Origin: Podarcis tiliguerta | Lineage: Eukaryota | Assembly: GCA_965153285.1 (NCBI GenBank) | Contig: OZ229126.1 | DNA length: 64,000 nt | Strand: one strand, 5' to 3' | In this document: piece by piece, positions 37,693-49,236 of the stretch | Layout of the letters: the number at the start of each line of letters is the position of its first letter | Numbering within the stretch: position 1 is the first letter of the stretch | Program-made: the position numbers and the translations under genes | Notes under the pieces: model-generated | What the model saw: the letters and a program-made list of their open reading frames with translations, nothing else | What the model was told of the DNA's origin: nothing | Databases searched by the model: none

Positions 37693-37977
37693 TAAAGGTA
37701 AAGGGACCCCTGACACGGCTGACCTTCTGACCGGCAAGCCCTAGGCTCTGTGGTTTAGACCATAGTGAAACCCGAGCAGCGCACGGAAATGCATTTGCCT
37801 TCCTGCTTGAAGCGGTACATATTTATCTACTTGCACTGTGTGCTTTTGAACTGCTAGGTTGGCAGGAGCAGGGACTGAGCAATGGGAGCTCACCCCCTCG
37901 CGGGGATTCAAACCGCCGACCTTTTGATCGGCAAGCCCTAGGCTCTGTGGTTTAACCCACAGCACCACCCGTGTCCC
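37693..37977 (-). mobile_element. Rearranged Sauria SINE
   Basis: AAAGGTAAAGGGACCCCTGAC tail; 3' body replaced by a piece of SINE 5' sequence. Confidence 0.85.
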
Positions 37978-39120
37978 TGTAGCATATCGCCCTGCTAAAT
38001 CTGGGGAGTTTACTTCTGTGCTCCAAATATATTTATAGGCTTCACTTGGTGCTCCAAAGGTCTTTACAGACTTTGGGATTTCTGCAAGCGTAGTAGATTG
38101 CTTACTGTTGATGCATTGAAAAGAATATAGGACATAGTTTCTTCTACTTGGTTGTTCTGGGCTCAAGTACATTAATTTACATCCAAGCCAGCAATAAAGT
38201 AGGCTGCTACCAGACAATTAACACAGTTTGAAAAAGAAATCCTGGATTACGCTGGGATAACCAGGGGTCTGGCTTTCAGCATTTATAGCTGGGTCTAGGA
38301 ATCAGTGACAGGCCTTAAAGATTTCACAAGACATATGTGAGGAAAGGAATGGGATATTACGTTTGAAATAGAGAACCAGAACTGGAGGTGGTACAAACAA
38401 CATTAGAAAAATATAAAGTGAAAGAGCAGTCCATAAATTTGTTATACAAGGAAATTGTCCCTAATGTGCCCTGGAATGTCTCCTGCATGTTGGCAGGGCT
38501 GGTAATAGACTGGGATGTAGATATGCATGTATTGAGCATTTCCTGAGTTCACACTTTTTGGGTACTGATGTTTCAGGAAACCAGCTCTGTTACAGGTCAG
38601 TAGACCCACCCTTCTCCACAGTTGATGCTCATGCACACATAAACACACGCCTTGATTCAGACTTGAATAATAGACACTGAATCCACTAACAGCAGGCACA
38701 AGGTCTGTGATAGTGTGTAATGGGGGGAAATCAAGGAGTGAATGTAGATCAGTGATACCAAAGGGTACGGCAGATAGCAAAAAGCTAACAGAAAAGATAA
38801 AAGTTGCCTTTGGGCAGAAAAGAACACTTTTGAATCAGTTTGCTATATTTTTATTAACTTAGTTAGCAAAGCAGAGCATTGACAATCTCCACCACCAGCA
38901 TGCACCCAACTCTGGACACAGTGAGTTGGTTTTTGAGGTCTGCTCTGGAAAGAAAAGAGCAGATTGTGACTGGAACTTTATGTCCTTTTTTCAGAGGCAC
39001 TTAGCCTTCGGTATGGACAAATTTACCTTGGCCTTCCAATTTGTCAGGGAAATGTGCTTTGTTTAATGATCTACACTGATGGAAAGGGGTTAAATAAACT
39101 TTGTTAAAATTATACATGCT

Positions 39121-39430
39121 CAGGGCTGTCTTAAGTAAATGCTGCGCCGGGGTGCAGAGATCCGCCTGGTGCCCCCCCCCCCCGGTTGCCCAGTCTCAGG
39201 CATGCAGGAGGGCGGAGCCAGCTGGCTGCCTCAGCGTCTCGCTGGCTCAGTTGCCCCCAAACTCACGGCTCAGAGCTGCTTGCAGCAGAAGAGCCCGCCA
39301 CGGCGCTCAGACCGATGGGCGGGCTTCCCTGGACTCAACTCTTGGGCCCCGGACTCTCAGCCTGGCATACCTGAGAGCCTGGCGCCCTCGGTGCCCTGCA
39401 CCCCTAGCGCCTATGGGTAAGACGGCCCTG
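39121..39430. mobile_element. GC-rich hAT-type MITE
   Basis: CAGGGCTGTCTTA...TAAGACGGCCCTG; perfect 8-bp TSD TACATGCT. Confidence 0.9.
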
Positions 39431-39479
39431 TACATGCTTAAAATTTTAGCTATATATATATTTCTAAATCTATCTCCTG

Positions 39480-39868
39480 GTATGTCCCACAGAGGGACTT
39501 ATGGTCTTCAAACAAAAACATCCTGAAGGTCCCAGGCCACAGAGAGGTTAGGCTGGCCTCAACTAGTGCCAGCGGTTTTTTGGCTGTGTCTCCAATCTGG
39601 TGGAATGCTCTGTCACAAGAGACTAGGGCCCTGCGGGACTTGACATCTTTCCGCAGGGCCTGCAAGACAGAGCTGTTCCACCAGGCCTTTGGTCAGGGCA
39701 CAGCCTGACTTCCTCCTTTGGCAATCTTCACAGAACTTTAGCCTAATGGTTGCCATCAATTTGATTTGAATTAATTTTATAATGAAATGATTTTAGAATG
39801 TTGTACTATTGTATTGTTGTTAGCCGCCCTGAGCCTGGCTTTGGCTGGGGAGGGCGGGATGTAGATAA

Positions 39869-39922
<54 letters not shown>

Positions 39923-40000
39923 CATCTATCATCTATCATCTACCATCTCTCATCTATCTATATCATCTATCTATCTATCATCTATCTATCTATCTATCTA
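39480..40000 (+). mobile_element. L2-like LINE 3' end with (ATT)n tail, followed by (ATCT)n microsatellite
   Basis: GCCGCCCTGAG...GGGCGGGATGTAGATAAAT then (ATT)n and (ATCT)n. Confidence 0.75.
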
Positions 40001-40249
40001 TACTAATATGCATGGAACATTTACTAAACTGCTCTTGCACAACTTGCGTCCCCTTCAAATTTGCAAAGGATTCTGTCCTGTGTACCAAATGGCGAACCAT
40101 TTACATTTTTGTTCTTTGCAGTATTTCTCTCATTGCCCACACCCATTTCAGTGAATGATGGTGGTGAACGATGACCGGGTGCTTTCATTGTAATCAGCAG
40201 GACTACCTCCGCACAGAGGAGCTTGGTGTGGATTGTAGTGTTTACTTTT

Positions 40250-40497
40250 AGAAGAAGAAGAAGAAGAAGAGTTTGGATTTGATATCCCGCCTTTCACTCC
40301 CTTTAAGGAGTCTCAAAGCGGCTAACATTCTCCTTTCCCTTCCTCCCCCACAACAAACACTCTGTGAGGTGAGTGGGGCTGAGAGACTGTGACTGGCCCA
40401 AGGTCACCCAGCAGCTGCATGTGGAGGAGCGGAGACGCGAACCCGGTTACCCAGATTACGTGACTACCGCTCTTAACCACTACACCACACTGGCTCT
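40250..40497 (-). mobile_element. Squam3-like SINE
   Basis: Closely similar to 29139-29387; (GAA)n on the + strand. Confidence 0.8.
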
Positions 40498-40597
40498 CTT
40501 TAGGGCAACTGGGAACTTCTACTCCAGCTACAATCATAAAACAAGTTACACATATAGTATTACTGGAAGGTGTGGTTTCAAAACTTCTGCTTAAGTA

Positions 40598-40972
40598 AAA
40601 GGTAAAGGTAAAGGTACCCCTGCCCGTACGGGCCAGTCTTGCCAGACTCTAGGGTTGTGCGCTCATCTCACTCTATAGGCCGGGAGCCAGCGCTGTCCGC
40701 AGACACTTCCGGGTCACGTGGCCAGCGTGACAAGCTGCATCTGGCGAGCCAGCGCAGCACACGGAATGCCGTTTACCTTCCCGCTGGTGAGCGGTCCCTA
40801 TTTATCTACTTGCACCCGGGGGTGCTTTCGAACTGCTAGGTTGGCAGGCCCTGGGACCAAACGACGGGAGCGCACCCCGCCGCGGGGATTCGAACCGCCG
40901 AACATGCGATCGGCAAGTCCTAGGCGCTGCGGTTTTACCCACAGTGCCACCCGCGTCCCACCCATGTCCCTA
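40598..40972 (-). mobile_element. Young, CpG-rich Sauria SINE (variant subfamily)
   Basis: Full length; TSD CTGCTTAAGTA at 40587-40597 and 40973-40983. Confidence 0.92.
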
Positions 40973-42032
40973 CTGCTTAAGTAGCCTTATCCTACAAAAA
41001 TCTCTTGCTAGATGCCTAATTGATTATTATCATAATTGTTGCTATTTATTAAATCACAAGGCCGTCTGCAATATAAAAACTCAAATGTACCACAGTTACA
41101 AACAAAAGGAATACCTCTCCCACTGTTTGTTTAATTAGTCAAAGGCCTGGGAAAAGAGGAATGTTTTTGCCCGGCACCTGAAGATATGAAACAAAGGCAC
41201 CAGGCAAATATAAATTACGAATACAAAAATTGTCCTTAGAATATTAAAAATTGTATCATGTTTGGCTCAGTAAAATTTCTTTAAAGGAAAGATTGTGAAG
41301 AACAACTATTTAACATAAAACAAGTGAGTTATCTGTAATTGGAAATACTGTTCTGATCCCTGTTACATACAGTGTTGATTTCTTGGTCTGTAAGAGATAG
41401 CAGACATTTTCATATAACAACATCAGACCAGAGCCTGGAACAGCCATATTGTAAAATACTTATTTATGGAGATGAAAAGCATCTTATTATAATTAAGCAA
41501 AATATTTTAATCATATGCTCAATCTGATAATCTATTAAATACTGTTTTGATTAGTTTAATAATTAGGGCTTTACTTGTTTTTTCAAACATGCTAGAAATG
41601 TAATCAAAGGCAGTATTAATCCTTATAATTAAGTTTTAGTAGAGCAACAATCAGGATCAGGATAGGATGTCGCATTCTTCTAAGACAATAATGGTCTACG
41701 TCTACATATACTGAAATATAAAATAATTAAGTCATGTATGATTTGCCCTATATTTTTCTTCATCGTGGAATTATAAGGCCTTTTTTTTTATCCTATTAGC
41801 TTTCTCAGCCTACTCTTGTTTGGCTCTTTTGAATTAGTTGATTATTTATTTACAGGCATATATACTACCCAATAAACAATAATTTATCATTTGATAATTT
41901 AATTTAATCATTTGTGTTTTAACATTATTTTACACCACTTTTCCGGCAAATTGGGTAAGATAAAAAACCACAAATTTTAACAATTTATTTATTTGACTTG
42001 GGTGTTTTACCATCTCAGAGGCACTGTGTGAC

Positions 42033-42458
42033 TTGTTGTTGTTGTTTAGTTGTTTAGTCGTGTCCGACTCTTCGTGACCCCATGGACCAGAGCACGCAAG
42101 GCACTCCTGTCTTCCACTGTCTCCCGCAGTTTGGTCAGACTCATGTTTGTAGCTTCGAGAACACTGTCCAACCATCTCGTCCTCTGTCGTCCCCTTCTCC
42201 TTGTGCCCTCCATCTTTCCCAACATCAGGGTCTGTATTGGAGTCTCAGCTTCACGATCTGTCCTTCCAGTGAGCATGTAGGCCTGATTTCCTTAAGAATG
42301 GATCCGTTTGATCTTCTTGCAGTCCATGGGACTCTCAAGAGTCTCCTCCAGCACCATAATTCCAAAGCATCAATTCTTCGGCGATCAGCCTTCTTTATGG
42401 TCCAGCTCTCACTTCCATACATCACTACTGGGAAAACCATGGCTTTAACTATACGGAC
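42033..42458 (-). mobile_element. BovB 3' fragment with a small internal deletion
   Basis: MVFPVVMYGSESWTIKKADRRRID..; VHGVTKSRTRLN; (CAA)n tail; TSD-like ACTGTG(T/A)GACTT. Confidence 0.92.
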
Positions 42459-42990
42459 TGTGAGACTTACAGCTGTTTAAATTTCCCATTGAACTGAATG
42501 GGCATTGTGAGAGCTAAATGATTTTATAAATTAAATTGTCAATTGGAATCACAATATAGCCTTGAAATGGAATTGAGACATATTTGTTCCAAAGTGGGAA
42601 ACTGATGTAAACCTACTAATTTTTTGCTTTGCATGAAAATAATGCTTGGCTTCAACTAGCTGGATATCTAAGAAATCTTAGTGATTCCAGACATCATGAA
42701 AGGCACGTATTGTACATTTATTACTAAAATCTCGATGCCCTATGTTGTCTATCTAGTCTGTGCTACAGTGCATTTGTGGAACTCTTTTATGAATGAGGGA
42801 TTCCCCGTTGCTTTTAATGTTAGATGCAGCTTTACTCATGAGAAGGGCCCAAGCTTCAACTGAGAACATGCATTTGCATCTATCAGTGTGCAAAGCAAAC
42901 AATTTTCAGATGCAACACTGCCATTCTTGATATGAGATTAACCGTGCATGTCTACTCAGAAGTAAGCCTCACTGAAGTTCAGTGGGACCT

Positions 42991-43341
42991 TAAAGGTAAA
43001 GGGACCCCTGACCATTAGTTCCAGTCGTGGCCAATTCTGGGGTTGCGGCGCTCATCTCGCTTTATTGGCCAAGGGAGCCGGCGTACAGCTTCCGGGTCAT
43101 GTGGCCAGCATGACTAAGCTGCTTCTGGCAAACCAGAGCAGCGCACAGAAATGCCGTTTACCTTCCCACCGGAGCTGTCCCTATTTACCTATTTGCACTT
43201 TGACGTGCTTTCAAACTACTAGGTTGGCAGGAGCAGGGACAGAGCAACGGGAGCTCACCCCGTCGCGGGGATTCGAACCGCCAACCTTCTGATCGGCAAG
43301 TCCTAGGCTCTGTGTTTAACCCACAGCGCCACCCGTGACCC
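42991..43341 (-). mobile_element. Full-length Sauria SINE
   Basis: TSD TTCAGTGGGACCT at 42978-42990 and 43342-43354. Confidence 0.93.
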
Positions 43342-43802
43342 TTCAGTGGGACCTACACCTAGGTAAATGGCTATAACTATAAAGAAGCTGTAGTTCTAAA
43401 AAACAACCACCAAAAGAATAACTTTGGCTCCTGTTGTTATTATTTATTAAATTTGTATACCATCCAAACCTGCAGATCTCAGTTTAAAAGGATGTAAATT
43501 GGATCAGTCAAAGGCCTGGTTAAAGAGGAACGTTTTTGCCTGGCATCTAAAGGTGTATAATGAAGGTGCCAGGTGAACCACCCTGGGGAGAGCATTTCAC
43601 AGACAGGGAGCCACTACAGAGAAGGCCCATTCTTGTGTTGCCACCATCCAGACATCACGCAGAGGAGGCACATGAAGAAAGGCTGATCTCCGGGTCTGCG
43701 TAGATTCATATGGAGAGAAGTGATCCTCTTAAACAGTTCTTTGTAAGAATGTATCTTATGGGGTGGCAGGTTTTTGTTTTGTTTTAGCTTTTCAATCCAA
43801 TA

Positions 43803-44021
43803 CAGTGGTACCTCGGGTTACATATGCTTCAGGTTACAGAAACCCAGAAATAGTGCTTCAGGTTAAGAATTTTGCTTCAGGATGAGTACAGAAATCGGGC
43901 TCCAGCGGAGCGGCGGCAGCAGGAGGCCCCATTAGCTAAAGTGGTGCTTCAGGTTAAGAACAGTTTCAGGTTAAGAACGGACCTCCGGAACGAATTAGGT
44001 ACTTAACCTGAGGTACCACTG
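43803..44021 (+). mobile_element. Tigger-like MITE, family A
   Basis: TA-flanked CAGTGGTACCTC TIRs. Confidence 0.9.
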
Positions 44022-44810
44022 TAGAAGCTACAGATTCAAATACATATCGGAGCTTGGGCTCCCCCCCCCCCCCTTAAACGTATGTTACGATGAAGGGAGG
44101 AGACAAAGGACTCGTCCGTACTCTCCTTGTCATGCAGTGGTAATTGGGACTTATAAATTGAGCTAGAAATTCTAGAAATATATTCTAGAATACATTTGGT
44201 TCAATGTGCATATTATTTTTCAAAAGTCCAGAAATTCTAAAAATAGAACCCGATACACCTCCGTTGGCTTGGACATACTTTGAACTTTAAAATGTGCACT
44301 GCTAAGCAAAGCTACAATGTTGTTGCTATTTGCTCCTAAATAATTGTAGCAGTGTATGAAGCAAAGCTAACATTGCACTTCTATCAGTGTGGAGAACCTT
44401 TGGCCCTCCAGATATTGCAGAAATGCAGCTACTATCTTCCCTGGCCATTGGCCATGCTTGCTGTGGTTCATGGGAGTTGTAATATAAATCTGGAATATAA
44501 GGCTAAAATCCAATGCAGTTACTTGCGTGAGCTATATCAAAGTTTATTCCACCTAGAATGTGCCTGCAAAGCTATTTTAAGTTCTAGCTCTTCTCCATTT
44601 TTTTCTACCTTGTGAATATTTTTCTGTTGCCCAGAAATATGCTGGATGGGGCTTAAAAGTGCTAGGCATTTATTTATTTATTTAATGATTTTTTTCTTAT
44701 AGGAATATCCATCCTGGAACCCAAATCATATCCATGTGGGTTTATTGGGTAGTTATTCATGCAGGCACTGATCAGACCCAGATCTGCTTTGTGGCCTCAG
44801 TCTAGCAGTA

Positions 44811-45030
44811 CTGTCGTACCTCGGAAGTCGAACGCCTTGCGAGTCGAACGTTTTGGTTCCTGAACGCTGCAATCCCAGAAGTGAGTGTTCCAGTTCATGA
44901 ACGTTCTTTGGAACCAGAACGTCAATTGTGGCTTCCAATTGGCTGCAGGAGCCACACATTGGTTCCTGAACGTTTTGGAAGTCAAACGGACTTCTGGAAC
45001 GAATTCTGTTCGACTTCCGAGGTATGACTG
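44811..45030. mobile_element. Tc1/mariner-type MITE
   Basis: TA|CTGTCGTACCTCGGAAGTCGAAC...GTTCGACTTCCGAGGTATGACTG|TA. Confidence 0.85.
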
Positions 45031-48000
45031 TACTCAAACTAGAGTACTGAAAGCAGAGTTGTTAAAAAAACATAATTTGACCTATATAGCTCTATAAAGT
45101 ACATGGAACTTTAGAGTTCCAGTCTCTGCTCATTTTCCAGCATAACGTTTACATCCTTCTTGCTGGCACCCAGTTATTCCTCATCTTTGACTTGTGCATT
45201 TATGAGTTCTTAAAAAAAAAATAGTGTATTTTGTTTGCCAAGTACTCCTATTCTAGTACCCTGTTATCTGGGCTCTCCATTTTCCATTTTCATCAGTTGT
45301 AGATCTGAGTTTCCTCTTGACTCATTTGTAGAATACATTAAACAGCACTGGGCCCAGCACTGGTCCTTGAGGAAACCTGGTGGATGGCTCCTTCCTCTCA
45401 TTCATTGCCATCTGGAGCTATTGAACCAACTTGGATCCATCCCATAAAATCTCTTCTGGTTCAGAATTCTCAAGCAAGCTGAAGAGTCAATCACTTGAAC
45501 TTTTTTTCAAAGCAGTTTTTGATAGTTGCCTGCTACCATATCCAATGCTTCATCTGGGAAAATCAGGCGGTAATGTTTTAGTCTTAACGATTCCTACTTT
45601 CAGATATTCCAGATTCATTGGTATAAGAGGTTCGTTTAACAAGCCTTGAAGATCTAGGATTAATCAAGAATGTTTAAGTATTTAACTACTGACATTAAGA
45701 TGAAAAGCAACTCGTCTACCAGGAAGTGCTCTTAATAAGTGAAAGAACAAGAATTCCCAATTGCCCTCTTCAAGCTGTGATCTCCTGAGATGTACTGAGC
45801 TAAGCAGGGTCATTCTGGGTCACTATTTAGATACAAGATTGCTAGAGAAAGCTGAAACTCCACGGGAAATATTGGCAATTCAGAAAGTGAAACATACCTT
45901 CTGAGCTGGTATTGAACCAATCAATATTGTTAAGGGCTGCTGTATAGCTGGGATGGGAGATATAAATGTAACATAGGCTTTGCCCATCTGTACCTTCTTA
46001 CAAGTAGAGCTAAGCATCTAGACATCAAACTTTCCTCTTGTTCAGAATAACTGTTTAATTCTTACCTACATTTTCCATTTATTTTTCCCACATTGTCCGA
46101 ATTAACTTCACTTCCTGCCTTTAAGATGCATTTATGTCATATTGCTTCTAAAATATTAAATTGCGAATGCTGGAGGAAAAAATTTCTTTTGGCAGGGATC
46201 TAAACATCCTGGGCATAAGCAAAAGCCATTTCTGTGCATGCGTTAGTGGCCATTGTTTCTCCTAATCCTATACTTGTTGCTGTTATTTATTAAATGTTCC
46301 CTCTGGAATGTCTCTCAGTCATCAAGAACAGCTTGTGGAAGGAAGATGAGGAGCTAAAGAGTGAAAACTGGGTGGATTCTGGCATTCTGTATGCAACTGT
46401 TAGGCTCCCAGTCTTTTTTAAAAAAACACACACAAAAACTGGACATTTTAACTTATATATTCCCTTTGACTCAGTCTGAGTGTAAATATCACCCATCCTT
46501 TGTGATGAGACACAAATGGGGAGGAGGGAGACATTCCACATGGAGGGGGCTGTTTTAGGAATGATATTTCAATCCTTTTACTTCCAAATTACTGGATTGA
46601 CTTTCAGTTGCAGTCCCCCCAAAAATCACATAAGGTAAATTAGTTCGCTCCACATTGAAAGTAGATTTCGCCCATCTGCTTGGTAGGAGAACTTTGCAGG
46701 TGGATGAGAGACAAACTTGCTTTCATGTGTTCAGCTGTCTCCATATTTAACTTTCAAAGGGCAGTAGTTTCTTTTCTCCATTCCTCTATTCATGGTGTTC
46801 AGCTGAGGTTGCTGAGCAGCCTTTTTGAATATCAAATAGGCTATTGATAGTCCCATTCAGATTCCGAAAAAAGAAAAAAAAAATATTACTGGAATAGGGA
46901 GGTATTTTAAAATAGAAGAAGTTCTGAATTAGCAAAATAGAGCAGCGTATCAGTTTGGCTTTGAAAATATGAGCATGAGTTATTGCAATTTATTGCAATT
47001 TGGTTTAATTCTCCCCACCCTAGCAATGTGGTCAAGCTTTTTTTTGCTTTTTGTACACATACCTCTTTATTTACAGTAGGAACACAATAGGATTATTGCA
47101 GTTATATTACTGAAATTATACTATCATGTATTGTTTTTTTTATCTATTTGGATATCTACCCTGTTGCCTCCTTGGGGCTCATGGAAGACCAAAATCTTTG
47201 CAGTACAATATCTGCTAGAAAGAGCATGTGAACAATTGCACAATTAGCTCTCTAATACAGGGGGTGGGCAGACTTTGGGTCTGTCAGAGATAATCTATTT
47301 TTTACTAGAACCCCAAGATCTACCAGTGAGAGTCAGGTGCAAAAGATGCATAGTTAGGATGAGAGAGCAAGGTGTCTTTGAAGACTTCTTGAGCTTGGGA
47401 ACTTCTTTTTAGTACCAGAGCTGAACTGACCTTGCAATCTTTGCACACAAACATCTGCTCCTGTTGTGCTTTCTGTTCATTTGAGCAGCCTAATTTTGGT
47501 GGGGAAATAATTTTGTTACTTTTTCTGCTTAAAAAGAAAAATGATCAAATGGGAGTCAGAAATCCTTGCTGCTTTACTACAAATCATCACAAGATCTACA
47601 GGTAGATTCCAATTTAACTTCTGCAACACCCCCATTCTCATGCATTTCTAAACTTCTTCGTGCCAATTTACCAAATAAGTGATAAAATTCACTTGGGCTG
47701 TAATCCTAGACAGCCTTATACAGAGACCGGGGAAGCACAAATGCAGGCGGAAGTTTTTGCTTATGTTTATACGGTGTTTAATCTTCACCCACCTGAGCAG
47801 GCAAGCAATAAATGCTGATTTCTACTGGGTGATTGACATTCAAAACCACTTTAAGATTGTGACCTTTGCTATGGGAAACTTGTCTTACCACTGGTTTTAA
47901 GTGGTGCTATTCATATATGTGTTCTATAGGGGGTGATAAGTTACATTCTTCAGGGGAGCCAGCTCTTACTTACGGAATGCCTGGTTTTAATAATTATTTT

Positions 48001-48229
48001 AACTGCACGTTGAATCTAGCAGGAGTAAACGCCCATCTGTATTTAGGTATTTGTAATTTTGAGAGAGATATTGCTGAGGTGAACCCTCTCCCATTGTCCT
48101 TTATTGCTAGGTGTTTATTCCTCTCACTCACGTGGCATTCATTTTAATTTTTTTGCACTGGCTTTGGCTACATAATAATATCCATATTCATTCTGTAAGA
48201 CGTGTTAAATATCTCTAATGCAATTAGAA

Positions 48230-48475
48230 CAGGGGTCAGCAGACTTTTTCAGCAGGGGGGCTGGGGAACTGTCCCTCAGACCTTGTGGAGGGCCGGACTA
48301 TATTCTGAAGGGGGAAAAAGAATGAATTCCTATGCCCACAAATAACCCAGAGATGCATTTTAAATAAAAGGACACATTCTACTTATGTAAAAACACACTG
48401 CTCCCCGGACTGTCCGAGGGCTGGATTTAGAAGGCGATTGGCCCGAATCTGGCCCCTGGGCCTTAGTTTGCCATG
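48230..48475. mobile_element. hAT (Charlie-like) non-autonomous element
   Basis: Starts CAGGGGTCAGCAGACT; 8-bp TSD AATTAGAA (48222-48229 and 48476-48483). Confidence 0.8.
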
Positions 48476-48582
48476 AATTAGAACATTGTATGTATGTTCT
48501 TTTATATATGCATTTGCAGGAATAATTATTTTCCAATCTTCACTGTGCAAGGGAATACTTAAGAATGTCTTCTCTATAACAG

Positions 48583-48626
48583 GACACTACAAGCATAGAA
48601 AAACTGGCAAACTGTTGTGAAGACAT
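48583..48626 (+). CDS. ZDHHC21: ZDHHC21 coding exon 6 (44 nt), TTxE motif
   Basis: ctataacag|DTTSIEKLANCCED(I)|GTAAGT. Confidence 0.95.
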
Positions 48627-49103
48627 GTAAGTATCTCTGTTTTGATGTGCTAAAGGCTTAATGGGGGGCTATACAGTTAAAGATTGTCTATTTAGGAAAC
48701 TCTGAAGGCACCAATGAAAGCCTTGCATGCCCTGTTTTGCCATGATTCGTATGACCCTTTAGCGAAAAACAACACCAGACTATTCTTTCCTATCTAAAGC
48801 CATCAAAACTCCCTTTTCAAAGCACGGGCTCTAGAGAAAGTTTCTGTTTTGTTGGCAAACACTGTGCGGATCACGAGGGCTGCCGTAGCTTTAAGGCTGC
48901 CTTTGGTTGATACAGATGCAGTGCGTGCTTCTCATAGTTAAATCTCATCTGCATGCTGCAGTGAAAGGAAAGCTGCTCTTGTAGTGGCTGGGATGCAATT
49001 TATCAGAGTCAAGTAATGGCTCCCCAGCCAACCTGCATTGTTCTCGTTGACTGAAGTGCACCATGGGAATGCAGTCTTTCACTAATAATGCTGTCGTCTG
49101 TAG

Positions 49104-49236
49104 ATCGAGACCCCGAAAGCCATGGCAGCAGACCTTCTCAGAAGTTTTTGGCACTCGCTGGAAGATCCTGTGGTTTATTCCTTTCAGGCAAAGGCGACCA
49201 CTGAGAGTTCCCCACCACTTTGCCAATCACGTCTAA
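49104..49236 (+). CDS. ZDHHC21: ZDHHC21 coding exon 7 (133 nt, includes stop)
   Basis: ctgtag|.SRPRKPWQQTFSEVFGTRWKILWFIPFRQRRPLRVPHHFANHV*; joined CDS is 798 nt = 265 aa. Confidence 0.97.

Noticed and set aside
39101-39526. GC/CpG-rich patch with ORFs as a possible promoter or exon
   Set aside because: Almost entirely a hAT MITE with TIRs and an 8-bp TSD.
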